Of a DNA stretch of 64,000 nucleotides, positions 25,234-38,325 are shown in pieces. Below the pieces are notes generated by a model. That model did no database searches and had not been told where the DNA came from. It was given only the letters and a program-made list of their open reading frames with translations. The translations under genes and the position numbers were made by a program. Within the stretch, counting starts at the first letter, position 1. Every line of letters begins with the position of its first letter. This DNA is from Malacoraja senta (Eukaryota). The stretch covers positions 930,001-994,000 of the forward strand of contig JAXLNO010000446.1 in assembly GCA_038087875.1 (NCBI GenBank), written 5' to 3'.

Positions 25234-25905
25234 TCAGTGAAGAAAGCGAATGGTATGTTGGCCTTCATAGCAAGAGGATTTGAGTATAGGAGCAGGGAGG
25301 TTCTACTGCAGTTGTACAGGTCTTGGTGAGACCACACCTGGAGTATTGCGTACAGTTTTGGTCTCCAAATCTGAGGAAGGACATTATAGCCATAGAGGGA
25401 GTACAGAGAAGGTTCACCAGACTGATTCCTGGGATGTCAGGACTTTCATATGAAGAAAGACTGGATAGACTTGGCTTATACTCGCTAGAATTTAGGAGAT
25501 TGAGAGGGGATCTTATAGAAACGTACAAAATTCTTATGGGGTTGGACAGGCTAGATGCAGGAAGATTGTTCCCGATGTTGGGGAAGTCCAGGACAAGGGG
25601 TCACTACTTAAGGATAAGGGGGAAATCCTTTAAGACCGAGATGAGGAAAAACATTTTCACACAGAGAGTGGTGAATCTCTGGAACTCTCTGCCACAGAGG
25701 GTAGTTGAGGCCAGTTCATTGGCTATATTTAAGAGGGAGTTAGATGTGGCCCTTGTGGCTAAAGGGATCAGGGGGTATGGAGAGAAGGCAGGTACGGGAT
25801 ACTGAGTTGGATGATCAGCCATGATCATATTGAATGGCGGTGCAGGCTCGAAGGGCCGAATGGCCCACTCCTGCACCTATTTTCTATGTATCTATGTATC
25901 TATGT
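25234..25905 (+). mobile_element. CR1 3' fragment
   Basis: ORF 25323..25805 plus 3' UTR and tail. Confidence 0.9.
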
Positions 25906-25952
25906 ACATTGGGATAGTCCCTGCCTCAACTGCCTCCACTGGTAGCTCATTA

Positions 25953-26345
25953 GCCAATAAGATCATGGGAGACCGCTTCCACCCCAGCAACGGACTGTTC
26001 CAGCTGCTACAGTCAGGCAAACGCCTCCGTTGCGATGCTGTGAGAATGGAGAGGTTGAGAAGGAGTTTCTTCCCAGAGGCCATTAGGACTGTAAACTCCT
26101 ACCTCACCAGGGACTACCTTTACTGTACCACTCGACTGTTTTTCTTTACATTGCTGTTATTTTTCCTTTTCACCTTCCTGCCACAATATGTAATAAATAA
26201 AAGAATATGTGATTCTGTTCCATTCTGTTTGTGGTTTGTTTGGTTCATTGTTTGTTTTTTTGCACAAAGTCCACGAGCATCGCCACTTTTCATTTCACTG
26301 CACATCTTGTATGTGTATGTGACGAATAAACTTGACTTGACTTGA
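25953..26345 (+). mobile_element. Rex1/Babar-like 3' fragment
   Basis: HPSNGLFQLLQSGKRLR...RRSFFPEAIRTVN; AATAAA(CTTGA)n tail. Confidence 0.8.
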
Positions 26346-26720
26346 TATCTTTCCCCACTCACCTTAATGTATGTCCTCTGATTCTTCTTTCCCCTATTCT
26401 GGGCAAGAGACTCTGTGTGTCTACCCGATCTACTCCATTCTCCTGCCTTCGCCCCATAAACGTTGACATCCATACTTATCTAGAACCTATCAGTCATAGA
26501 GTCACAGAATCATAGAGTGATACAGTTGCGGAAACAGGCCCTTCGGCCCAACTCGCCCAACAATGTCCCAGCTACACTAGTCCCACCTGCCTGCGCTTGG
26601 TCCATCTCCCTCCAAACCTGTCCTATCCATGTACCTGTCCAACTGTTTCTTAAATGTTGGGATGATCTCCACCTTATAAATACCCGACGACTTGGCCTCC
26701 CCTGTAAGAATCATACTTTT

Positions 26721-27141
26721 TTTATTTAAATCTTTTTATTTGAATTTCACAGCAATTTGCATACATACTATGATAACAGACAGTGACAGTCAAGGCATAA
26801 TTGTGCAACAGTATGTAAGTGACCCTCGAAGCCCTTACCCTTTACCCACCTTCAACCCACCCGAATCAGGTCGGAACCAAACGGGTACAAACAACACTCA
26901 CATACGTACACATCCACACAAATATGGTAAGATAAACGAAACAAAAAGTACTAAAAAAAAAATAATTAAAAATAAATAATAAATAAAAAATAATAAAAAT
27001 AAAAAAAATTAAAAAAAATTGGGGGTCACTAATATCAGTAAATAAGTAAGTAATTAAATAAATAAGTGTGGGGAGGGGGGGGGGGTTAAGGGGAGAGCAG
27101 CTGCAGTAGAGCAAAACAATGGTGGAGAGCACTCAGTCCTC
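26721..27141 (-). mobile_element. Poly(A)-ended L1-type 3' UTR insertion
   Basis: 16-bp TSD TAAGAATCATACTTTT (26705-26720 and 27142-27157); AATAAA and A-tail on the minus strand. Confidence 0.7.
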
Positions 27142-27725
27142 TAAGAATCATACTTTTAGTCCAAAACCGAGAGAAAGATTGCAAGAAAAGCTCCAAACGT
27201 GAAAACAAGATCCAAGAAAGTTTTACTTTGATATTTTGTTTAAAATCCAAAAATATTAAAATCTTTATTGGAAATTTGTAATTCAAAAGATTATAAGTTT
27301 TTATCATCACTGAAGGTCACATTCTCGGCGAGAGGATTGGATTGTAAATTATTCTGCTTCCTTTGTTCTGACCCTTGAGGAAGAAATGCAAGAGAACAAT
27401 ATATTCCTGCTTTACACTTCAGAGCGTGCAAAGTGTTTATAATAATGAAACTGGCAAATGATAAGTCACTGTTCTTGAACCCCAGCAGGTGACAAACTTT
27501 TAATTTTATGGCTGAATTAGTAAAAAACATATTAATATCTATATTATAATTACAGTAAATCTCTTTTGATTAGCAGAGTTAAGCGTGCAACGTTGAAGCG
27601 TGTAGCAATACATTAGGAAACTAAAATCTATATATCTAAGATTTAAATGTGAAGAGTCAAAAAGCTACGATAATTGGAAATGTGTTGGAATGTTTTATTG
27701 AAGAGTCTCTCTTTGAGGTTGACTG

Positions 27726-28020
27726 GAGCGGCACGGTGGCGCAGCGGTAGAGTTGCTGCCTCACAGCGCCAGAGACCCGGTTTGATCCTGACTACGGGTG
27801 CTGTCCCTATGGAGTTTGTACGTTCTCCCTGTGATCACATGGGTTTTCTCCGGGTGCTCCAGTTTCCTCCCACACTCCAAAGACGTACATGTTTGTAGGT
27901 TAATTGGCTGGGTAAATTTCCCAAGTGGGTGTAGGGTAGTATTAGTGTGCAGGGATCGCTGGTCAGTGCGGACTCGGTGGGCTGAAGGGCCTGTTACCAC
28001 GCTGTATCTCTAAACTAAAC
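27726..28020 (+). mobile_element. HE1-like SINE, full length
   Basis: A-box TGGCGCAGCGG, core and (TAAAC)n tail. Confidence 0.9.
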
Positions 28021-28749
28021 TGCATTGTTTTTCTTCCTTGAAATCTCTGCCTTAAGTATGAGAAGGGAAAACCATCCTTCAGCTTTTGATTGCGTGCTAT
28101 TCAGAACGCCCTTGTTCAGTTTAGTTTATTGTCACGTGTACCGAGGTACAGTGAAAAGCTTTTGTTGTGTGCTATCCACTTAGCAGAAAGACAATACATG
28201 ATTACAATTGAGCCGTCCACGGTGTACAGATACATGATAAGGGAATAACTTTTAGTGCAAGACAAAGTCAGTAAAGTCCGATCAATGATAGACCGATAGT
28301 AGTTCAGCACTGCTCTCTGGTTGTGGTAGGATGATTCAGTTGCCTGATAACAGCTGGGAAAAAACTGTCCCTGAATCTGGAGGTGTGTGTTTTCACACTT
28401 CTGTACCTCTTGCCCGATGGGAGAGGGGAGAAGAGGGAGTGAGACTGGTCCTTGATTATGCTGCTGGCCTTGCCGAGGCAGCGTGAGGTGTAGATGGAGT
28501 GAATGGAAGGGAGGTTGGTTTGTTGCTAGTAGGTGGCAATAAGAGAATTAGCCATTAAAATGATGTGTGTGTCCATCCCTCGGTTGCTGCATTGGCAGCT
28601 GTAATGATGCAGTATGAGGCAGGGAAGTCATTCTATAATGTGTGGGAAATGGCTTCTCCTGATGTCCCAACGAATGTGGAATTCACTCAGCTGCCCACAG
28701 CCCTACTGCCATTATAGTCTTTAGATTATTTTAGTGATTACTTCGGAGA

Positions 28750-29036
28750 CTTTAGAAATACAGCGCGGAAACAGGACCTTCGGCGCACCGACCAGCGATC
28801 ACCCCGTACACCAGCTCTATCACACCCACTAGGGGCAATTTACAATTTCTCACCAAGCCGATTAACCTACAAACCTGTACGTCTTTGGAGTGTGGGAGGA
28901 AACCGGAGCACCCGGAGAAAACCCACGCAGGTCACGGGGAGAACGTGCAAACTCCGTACAGACAGCACCCGTAGTCCGGATGGAACCCGGGTCTCTGGCG
29001 CTGTGAGGCAGCAACTCTACCGCTGCGCCACCGTGA
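28750..29036 (-). mobile_element. HE1-like SINE
   Basis: Head, core and tail. Confidence 0.9.
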
Positions 29037-29581
29037 TGCCCAATTACAGTCAAACAATAATTGGAAGCTTTTTGCGCTCTTAAGTTCACCAGTTGTGACA
29101 TTTATCACTTTCCCTTCAACGGTTATTTTTAGTTTAGTTTGGAGATACAGCGTGGAAACAGGTCCCTCGGCCCACTGGGGCTGCACCAACCATCGATCAC
29201 CCATTCACACAAGTTCTTTGTGAGAACATAGAACATAAAACTGTACACTGCAATAAAAGGCGATTCGGCCCACAATGTCTGTGCTGGTTGAGATGGCAAA
29301 ACCACCACGTACAGTATCTGCATCTTATCTCCATGTTATGTCACGTTCTCATCCACTCCCTACACACTACGGGCAATTTACAGAGGACTAATTAACTACG
29401 AACCCACACGTCTTTTGGGATGTGGGAGGAAACCGGAGCATCCGTAGGAAACCCACGGAGGTCACGGGGTGAACGTGCAAACTCTGTACAAACAGCACCC
29501 GAGGTCAGGATGGAAACCGGGGCTCTGGCGCTGTGAGGCAGCAACTCTACTGCTGCGCCACCGTGACACACATCTATACAT

Positions 29582-30011
29582 CTTTTCTTCGGCCCCCTTC
29601 CGTCGTGGCTGACCATGGGGGTCTCCAGGGTGCTATTCCCTATACGGAGGACGCCTGTGCGTGACTTTGTTTAACGTGGGGAGACTGGTGCACAGACAGC
29701 CACCCCACGGTCCTTGACAGATCTGGGTCAGGATCCAGTGGCATGGAGTCCAAGACGACCGGAGACCCTTTTCTGCTGCAGCCTTCATCCGCCTTCCCAG
29801 CCGTTGTGACGCTCCACTAAGGTCAGCCATCGTCCTCCGCCTGTTCCACCGTTGAGGTCTTGGTTGGATCAGCTCTTTGTCAGAGACCTCCCCCTCGACC
29901 TTACCGCCATGGGTGGCCCTACCAGGAGCATAGCTCCAGACAGCATCGCTCTCAGGATCTCAGGTCCACACAAGCTTCTCCACCACCACAAGGTGACAAT
30001 CCATGGAGAAG
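29582..30011 (-). mobile_element. 430-bp non-coding RTE-derived retroposon with candidate 5' HDV-like fold
   Basis: 10-bp TSD ATCTATACAT (29572-29581 and 30012-30021); 5' CACCTTGTGGTGGTGGAGAAGCTTG...GGTAGGGCCACCCATG resembles RTE-clade 5' UTRs; GAAGAAAAG tail. Confidence 0.7.
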
Positions 30012-30545
30012 ATCTATACATACACACAAACAATAACAATGTCATAAGACAAAACCAATGCACCTAAGTCTATGTAGTTCAGAGCTTATTTTGAGGTTGT
30101 CTGGTTTAATAGCCTAATGGTTGCTCGGAAGAAGCTGTTCCGGAACCTGGAGGTCATGGTTCTTCTTGTACTCCTGTACCTTCTTCCCGATGGCAGCAGT
30201 GAGATGAGAGCGTGGCCAGGGTGGTGTGGGTCTCTGATGATGCTGGCTGCCCTTTTGAGGCAGCGCCTCCTGTAGATCCCTTCGATGGTGGGGAGGTGAG
30301 TACCCGTGATGGATTTTTTTACTAGGATGACTTTTTTAACTTTAGGTAACCCTTGCTTTCCCTCTCTCTCCATCCCTCCCCCATCCTAGTTCTCTGACCA
30401 GTCTGACTGTCCTCTTGATTAATCTCTGTACGCCTCGTTGTCACCTTCCCCTCGCTAACCATGATCCTTTTACATTTTCCTTGAACTTTGTCCACTTTGA
30501 TGTCTCATTTTCACACCTTACCCTTCCACATCTCCGTCTCACTCC

Positions 30546-30875
30546 AAATGTTCCCAATGTTCGGTGAGTCCAGAACCAGGGGCCACAGTCTTAGAATAAA
30601 GGGGAGGTCATTTAAGACTGAGGTGAGAAAAAACGTTTTCACCCAGAGAGTTGTGAATTTGTGGAATTCCCTGCCACAGAGGGCAGTGGAGGCCAAATCA
30701 CTGGATGGATTTAAGAGAGAGTCAGATAGAGCTCTAGGGGCTAGTGGAATCAAGGGATATGGGGAGAAGGCAGGCACGGGTTATTGATTGGGGACAATCA
30801 GCCATGATCACAATGAAGTGCGGTGCTGGCTCGAAGGGCCGAATGGCCTCCTCCTGCACCTATTTTCTATGTCTA
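30546..30875 (+). mobile_element. CR1 3' fragment inserted in a PLE 3' UTR (30340-30985)
   Basis: ORF 30488..30787; the PLE resumes with a decayed hammerhead-like core at 30900. Confidence 0.85.
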
Positions 30876-31162
30876 TTTCCCTCTCTCCTGACTCTTAGTC
30901 TGAAGAAGGGTCTCGATCTGAAATGTCACCCATTCCTTCTCTCCAGAGATGTTGCCTGTCCCGCTGAGTTACTCCACCATTTTGTGCTTAGATTCTACGA
31001 GGGGTGTAAAAACATAGAAAATAGGTGCAGGAGTAGGCCATTCGGCCCTTCATTCCAGCACCGCCATTCAATATAATCATGGCTTATCGTCCACAATCAG
31101 TACCCCGTTCCTGCTTTCTCCCCATGTCCCTTGATTCCATTAGCCCTAAGAGCTGAATCTAA

Positions 31163-31379
31163 AGGGCCTGTCCCACTTAGGCGACGCTTTCGGTGACTGC
31201 CAGAGACTAGTTATAATGCCATTCACCTACGACACTTGGCGACAACATACGACAACACCCACATCAACCTACGACAGCAAAAATTGTCGCCACTGTCGCC
31301 GAAAAATTTCCAACATGTTGAACATTTTGCAGCAGTCGCCTGTAGTCGCCCAAAAATTCACCTAAGTGGGACAGGCCCA
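31163..31379. mobile_element. PIF/Harbinger-like MITE (~217 bp)
   Basis: TIRs GGGCCTGTCCCACTTAGG / CCTAAGTGGGACAGGCCC, inserted at TAA within a CR1 3' end. Confidence 0.8.
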
Positions 31380-31729
31380 TGAACTGTCTCTTGAAAACAT
31401 CCAATGAATTGGCCTCCACTGCCTTCTGTGGCAGAGAATTCCACAGATTCACAACCCTCTGGGTTCACACGGCAGGGCTGGTCCCCCGACGCAATATTCC
31501 ACCTCTCCACCAATTCCAATATTGGTTGCCAGTGGGGGGGGGGAGGGGCTTTCTGGAGCGCTGGTATGGGTGTTGTTGGCTGCAGGGACTACTGGTCTCC
31601 AGAGGGTTAGTATGGACATTGTGGGCCAAATGGATTCTTGGGATGGCAGCTCAGTGCCTCAAGCCTGATGTGCTGGCAGCTCACTCACGGCTGGTGGGCT
31701 GGCAGTTGACTCACGGCTATTCCTTGAAA

Positions 31730-32175
31730 TTCCATTTCAAGCAGAGTGCAAGGCCACCAAATTCAAATCCATTTTCCTACCAATTCAAGCAGGGTGCAAG
31801 GCCACCAAATTCAAGTGCAGTTTCTTACCTCTTCGAGCAGGGTGCAAGGCCACAAAATTCAAGTGCAGTTTCATACCACTTCAAGCAGCGTGCAAGGCCA
31901 CCAAATTCAGGTTCGGTTTCCTACCACTTCAAGCAGGGTGCAAGGCCACCGAATTCAAGTGCAGTTTCCAACCACTTCAAGCAGGGTGCAAGGCCACCAA
32001 ATTCATGTGCAGTTTCATACCATTTCAAGGAGGGTGCAAGGCCACCAAATTCAAATGCAGTTTCATACCATTTCATGCAGGGTGCAACTACACCACATTC
32101 AAATGCAGTTTCATACCATTTCGTGCAAGGCCACCACATTCAAATGCAGTTTCATACTATTTCAAGCAGGGTGAA
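31730..32175. repeat. 48-bp minisatellite, about 9 units
   Basis: Unit TTCAAGCAGGGTGCAAGGCCACCAAATTCAAGTGCAGTTTCATACCAC. Confidence 0.95.
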
Positions 32176-32565
32176 ACCACCATAAAAACCACCATAAAAC
32201 CACACAAAACACCATACTCACAGTTCAGTAGACATTCAGTGTGTTCAGTTGATTCACAGCTCAGACAGAGTCATGACCTCTCCCTCCCCCATCATGCAGA
32301 GACTGAGCCACACCCACACTTACGGGTTTTAAAATGGTTCCCCCTCCCACCAGAAAAGGTGTGGCCTTCATGGCGTGATTGACAGGAGAGAGATTCTCAA
32401 CATTTTTTAAACACTAATAACACTTTTGTTTTTCATTGATGGGAAGAATCCTCTGCACCTGATGAGCAGAGGGGAACTGAGTAAGATGGCCAAAAATCAC
32501 AGCCGTAAGTGGTAGCGTTTTATCTAAAATCAATATAGTGTAAACAGGAAGTTATCAAGTTTAGA

Positions 32566-32756
32566 CAAACAACCATTTGCAGGCAGTGCCTTTTCACTTC
32601 AACACAACCCCCCCAAACAACCATTAGCAGGCAGTGCCTTTTCACTTCAACTCAAACCCCCCCAAACAACCATTTGCAGGCAGTGCCTTTTCACTTCAAC
32701 CCAACCCCCCCAAAGAACCATTTGCAGGCAGTGCCTTTTTACTTCAAACCAACCAT
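32566..32756. repeat. 48-49-bp minisatellite, 4 units
   Basis: Unit CAAACAACCATTTGCAGGCAGTGCCTTTTCACTTCAACACAACCCCCC at 32566, 32614, 32663, 32711. Confidence 0.9.
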
Positions 32757-33499
32757 ATTTTCATTTTCAAACCACATTAAGGGCACTCACATTTGAGTAG
32801 ACAGGTGTTCAGTGTTATTCAGAGCTCAGAGAGACGTGAGACGTGACCCTCTGGCTTCCTCCATCTTGCAGAGACTGAGTGAGGCACACCACTTCCTGGT
32901 TCTATAGTCCCTCCCCCTCCCTCCAGCAGGGGCAGCAGAGAGAATGGCAATTTAAAAAAAAACATTAATATCTCTCTGATGTTTCATCGATGGGAAAAAT
33001 CCTCTGGTCCCGGAAGGCGGAGGTGGGCTCTGAGCGAGGTGGCCAAAAATGACGGCCGTAGTTGGCGGCGTTCTCTCGGAAATCACAGCACAGTGAGCCA
33101 AAAGCGGTCAAGATCAGACTTCTAGTAATATAGATATGCAAATTGTATATATTAATATATTAAGGGCATAAGAGTAACTAGGGTGGGAATCATGCCCCTT
33201 AAAGATGAAAGGGTTTGGGTGCTTGTGGAGGGAGAGGAAACAAGCTATGTGGGAAATAGCTCTGTGATAACAAGCCTGTGATATTTATGTTTGTTACCAC
33301 ATGTACATCATCACATGCATATTGTGTGAATTACTCTCAGTCAGAGATTGACTCTAGGATGAGAATGATCGAAGTGGGAAATATACAGTAACAAAGTACA
33401 TTCTGATAGATGTCAGGGCTGGAGCAAAGATTGAGTGCTTGCTGGTGATTCAGTGTTGAGGGCATTGTGATTCTGCAGCGGGATGTGGTTAGCTTAAAC

Positions 33500-33803
33500 C
33501 TTAGACTTTAGAGATACAACGCAGAAACAGGCCCTTCAGCCCACCGAGTCCGCGCCGACCAGCGATCATCCCGTACACTAACATACACACAGTGGGGACA
33601 ATTATATAACTTACCAAAGCCACTTAATTAACCTACAAACCTGTACGTCTTTGGAGAGCGGGAGGAAACCGGAGCACCCGGAGACAACCCACGCAGGTCA
33701 CGGGGAGAACGTACAAACTGCGTACAGACAGCACCCGTAGTCAGGAAGGAACCCGGGTCTCTGGCGCTGTGAGGCAGCAACTCTACCGCTGTGTCGCTGT
33801 GCT
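33500..33803 (-). mobile_element. HE1-like SINE
   Basis: Head, core and tail. Confidence 0.85.
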
Positions 33804-34594
33804 GCTCGTTATAAGAATCAGAGAGTCACAGAGTTTAGAATCATAAGAGTCATACAGCATGGAAACAGACCCTTCAGCCCAATGACCCATTCCCACCAAG
33901 ATGCTCCATCTATACTAGCCCCACCTGCCCGCATTTGGCCCATATTCCTTTGCCCCTTTCCTTTGTCCTTATACCTGCCCAAATGTTGCCATAGTACCTG
34001 CATCAACGACCTCCTCCGACATCTGGTCCCATGCTCCCACCACCCCCACACTGATAGTGAGAAGCTCTGGCAGAGAGAGTGTTCAGTGTGGAGTGTGTGG
34101 TGTCAGGCATTTTGGTAAGATGTCTCAATGATTTTAAACACCTCTATAAGATCATCCCCTAGACGACTCTGCTTCAGGGAATAAAGTCCTAGTCTGCCTT
34201 CAGCTCAAGTCCACAAATCTAAGCAATTGTAAATCTACTCTCTTCGGCTTGACAACATCTTTCCTATTCCAGGGTGCCCAGAACTCAACACAATACTCTA
34301 AATGTGGCCTCACCAACGTCTTGTACAAATATAACAGAACATCCCAACTTCTGTACTCAATACACCTCTATAAGGTCACATCCTCCTGCGCTCCAAGGAA
34401 TAGAGACCCAGCCTACTCAACCTCCCCCCTATAGCTCACACCCTCTAGTCCTGGCAACATCCTTGTAAATCTTCTCGGTACCCTTTCCAGCTTGACAACA
34501 TCTTTTCTATAACATGGTGCCCAGAACTGAACACAATACTCCAAATGCGGCCTCATCAACGCCTAATACAATTATAATTTCTATCTGAAGGTTT

Positions 34595-34908
34595 TAGTTT
34601 TTAGTCTTTAAGTTTTAGAGGAACAGCGCGGAAACAGGCCCTTCGGCCCACCGAGTCTGCGCCGACCAGCGATTCCCGTAAACTAACACTGTCCTACACA
34701 CACACTAGGGACAATTTACAATTTTACAGAAGCCAATTAGCGTACAAGCCCATATGTCTTTGGAGTGTGGGAGGAAACAAGAGCACCAGGAGAAAACCCA
34801 CACAGTCACGTGGAGAAGGTAAAACTCCGTACAGGCAGCACCCGTAGTCAGGATCGAACCCGGATCTCTGGTGGTGTGAGGCAGCGACTCTACCGCTGCG
34901 CCACCATG
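34595..34908 (-). mobile_element. HE1-like SINE
   Basis: Head with GGTTCGATCC, core and tail. Confidence 0.85.
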
Positions 34909-35134
34909 GCACCAGTAATATATATATTTATATGTCAGATAAATGACTCCCCTTTCTGGACAATTAAAGATTAAATTGAAAGGAATGATATTGAAATACC
35001 TCTTCTGTGCCTGACTAAAGCCATGGTACTTATCATAGTTACAGCGATGTCTGGAGTGGTTGTGAGACACATACATCACAGTCACAGGTGGGAAGCAAAG
35101 TCGCGAGTATAGATGTTCATCAACGTCGAAGGCA

Positions 35135-35657
35135 GACACAGAGTGCTGGAGTAACTCTGTGGGTCAGGCAGCATCTGTGGAGAACATGGATAGGTGACGT
35201 TTCACAGAGTGCTGGAGTAACTCAGCGGGTCAGGCAGCATCTGTGGAGAACATGGATCGGTGACGTTTCACAGAGTGCTGGAGTAACTCAGCGGGTCAGG
35301 CAGCATCTGTGGAGAACATGGATCGGTGACGTTTCACAGAGTGCTGGAGTAACTTAGCGGGTCAGGCAGCATCTGTGGAGCGAAGGAAATGGGCAACCTT
35401 TCGGGCCGAAACCCTGAAGGAAATAGGCAATGTTTTGGGCCGAAACCCGGAAGGGTTTCGGGCCGAAACGTTGCCTATTTCCTTCGCTCTATAGATGCTG
35501 CCGGAACATGGATAGGTGACGTTTCACAGAGTGCTGGAGTAACTCAGCGGGTCAGGCAGCATCTGTGGAGAACATGGATAGGTGACGTTTCACAGAGTGC
35601 TGGAGTAACTCAGCGGGTCAGGCAGCATCCGCGGAGAACATGGATCGGTGACGTTTC
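35135..35657 (-). repeat. 66-bp array plus fold-back (copy C), continuing into a PLE 3' region to ~35975
   Basis: Insert 35365-35502. Confidence 0.9.
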
Positions 35658-36756
35658 GAGTCGGAACCCTTTGATTTCTCCACATTGGGAAGAGGTTCTG
35701 ACCATCTACCCGCTAATGACCTAGGAAAGGTGGAGCCCACAATGGTCCCTTGTTGGCTGTGGACGAAGTGATAACGAGTAACAATTGACAATAGGTGCAG
35801 GATTAGGCCATTCGGCCCTTCGAGCCAGCACCGAGTGAATGTAAAGAGTGAAACTATTCGGACGACTAGGATTGGGGAGGGATGGAGAGAGAGAGGATTC
35901 AATGATTACTTGAAGTTAGAGAAATCATAATTGATGCTGCTGGGTTGTAAGCTGCCCAAGTGAAATATGAGGTGTGAGGTGTTGATTAGATGCATCAATT
36001 AGCTGTTGATTAACACCATTTTCTTTCCTCTTTTCACAGAGGCAAGCTGATGGAAGTATATATAATATCAGGGTCGCAAAGCCCTACGGACCAACTCATC
36101 CAAACCAACCAAGATGTCCCATTTACCCAGGTTGGCCCATATCTTTCTAAACCTTTCCTATCCTTGTACCTGTCCCAGTGTCTTGTAAATGATGTTGTTG
36201 TACCTGCCGCAACTGATGTACCTGGCAGCTCGTTCCATACACCCACCGCTGTCTGTGTGAATAATGAGAGGCATTGTTTGGATAGGCAGTCAGACCCTTT
36301 ATCCCAATGTGGCCACTGGGGTTATAGAGTTGTAGGGTCGTACAGCACGGAAACCGGCCCGTCGACTTTCAGGAAGGATGTGGTGGCTTTGGAGAGGGTG
36401 CAGAGTAGGGTCACCAGAATGAAGCCGGGATTAGAGGATTTTAGCTACAGGGAGAGGTTGGACAGACTTGGATTGTTTTCTCTGGAACGTCAGTCAGAGG
36501 CTGAGGAGAGATTTGACAGAAGTATGTAAAGTTATGAGTTCCATTGATAGGGTAGACAGTCAGAACCTAGTGGGGACAATGATATAACTATACCAAAGTC
36601 AGTTAATTAACCTACAAACCACTAGTGTCCAACACTAGAGGGGCAGAGGTACAGTATAAGGTGAGATGGGCAAAGGTTAAGGGGGATTTGTAAACAGAGG
36701 GTGGTGGGGCCAGCAACACACTGCCGGGGATGGTGGTGGAGGCAGATATGAAGTGG

Positions 36757-37240
36757 AATCAGATTTTCCCTGTTGGACAAACAGGAATTATTCGTTGGAA
36801 CATGGTCTCCCTTTATTGATTATTTAAAGAGTCAGAATGGTTCAGCACAGGAACCTGACTAACACTCGGACTAAAGAATGGATGAAATGTTATACTCTGA
36901 AATGTACGAATATATCTCGAACGAAGTTTTTTATTTTAATAAATTTTTCCATTCTTCTTTAACTATCTTTTTCTTTTCTGGTTTCTTATTTTTTTTTTTT
37001 TTTTCTTTTTTTTTTTTCTTTCTCTCTCTTTTCTTCTCTCTCTTTTCTTTCTTTACTTCATCTATCTTTTTAGTTCTATCTAGTTTAAAAAAAACAAAAA
37101 AAGACAAAAGGTATTGGAGACAATGTAATAATAATTGACAATATTATCAATTTAAAAATGTAAGACTGGTAATGATGTTAATATGTTGTGTACTTATCTC
37201 CAATAAAAAATATTTTCAAAAAAAAAAAAAAAAAAGAAAA
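36757..37240 (+). mobile_element. L1-clade 3' fragment with poly(A)
   Basis: Encodes IRFSLLDKQELFVGTWSPFIDYLK; AATAAA, A-tail; 13-bp TSD AGATATGAAGTGG (36744-36756 and 37241-37253). Confidence 0.8.
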
Positions 37241-37609
37241 AGATATGAAGTGGTATTTAAGACGCTTTTCGACAGGAACATGGAAGCGCAGGGTATACTG
37301 CGATATTTAGTTTAATTTAGAGCTTAGTTTAGAGATACAGCATGGAAACAGGCCCTTCGGCCCACCGAGTCCGTGCTACCGTTGCTCCACTGTGCTGACC
37401 ACAATCATGGGTCATGTACAGGCAGATAAGACCAGTTTAACTTGGCATCATGTTCAGCACAGTCTGTGTGGGCCGAAGGGCCTGTTCCTGTGCTGTATCT
37501 CTTAACGAAACGAAACTAAAATTATAACGGCATAATAATAAACAACCTAATTGTGGTCCATCATTGGTAAAGTGTACAAAGCAGCACGATATTATAGGGC
37601 GGATATTGG

Positions 37610-38325
37610 GATGGCACGGTGGTGTAGCGGTAGAGTTGCTGCCGCACAGCGCCAGAGACCCAGGTTCGATCCTGGCTACTGGTGCCGTCTGTACCGAGTT
37701 TGTACGTTCGATGGATGAGAGGGGATCTTATTGAAACATATAAGATTATTCAGGGTTTGGACACGCTAGAGGCAGGAAACATGTTCCCGATGTTGGGGGA
37801 GTCCAGAACCAGGGGCCACAGTTTAAGAATAAGGGGTAAGCCATTTAGAACGGAGACGAGGAAACACTTTTTCACACAGAGAGTTGTGAGTCTGTGGAAT
37901 TCTCTGCCTCAGAGGGCGGTGGAGGCCAGTTCTCTGGATATTTTCAAGACATCTGGATAGGGCTCTTGAAGATAGCGGAGTCAGGGGATATGGGGAGAAG
38001 GCAGGAACGGGGTACTGATTGTGGATGATCAGCCATGATCACATTGAATGGTGGTGCTGGTTCGAAGGGCCGAATGGCCTACTCCTGCACCTATTGTCTA
38101 TTGTCTATTGCACTCCTCGTGACCCTGTGGGTTTGCTCCAAGATCTTCCGTTTCCTCCCACACTCCAAAGATGTGCAGATTTGTAGGTTAATTGGCTTGG
38201 TATAAGTCTAAATTGTCCCTCGTTTGTGTAGTATAGGGTTAATGTGCAGTGTTTGCGGGTCGGCACGGACCCGGAGGGCCGAAGGGCCTGTTTCCGCACC
38301 GTATCTCTAAACTAAACTGAACTAA
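37610..38325 (+). mobile_element. HE1-like SINE split by a CR1 3' fragment (~37711-38110)
   Basis: SINE head 37610-37710, CR1 ORF end and tail, SINE core resumes ~38113. Confidence 0.85.

Larger units (their letters stand above)
31465..33134 (-). mobile_element. Non-autonomous Helitron, 3' terminus lost, carrying two 48-bp minisatellites
   Basis: 5' end A|TCTATATTACTAGAAG; homologous to 52027-52804. Confidence 0.8.

Noticed and set aside
27726..27800. tRNA gene
   Set aside because: A/B boxes are the head of a multi-copy SINE and run into the SINE core and LINE-like tail
31379..32185. 268-aa ORF with 16-aa repeats
   Set aside because: Reads through CR1 antisense, Helitron and a 48-bp minisatellite; open in several frames
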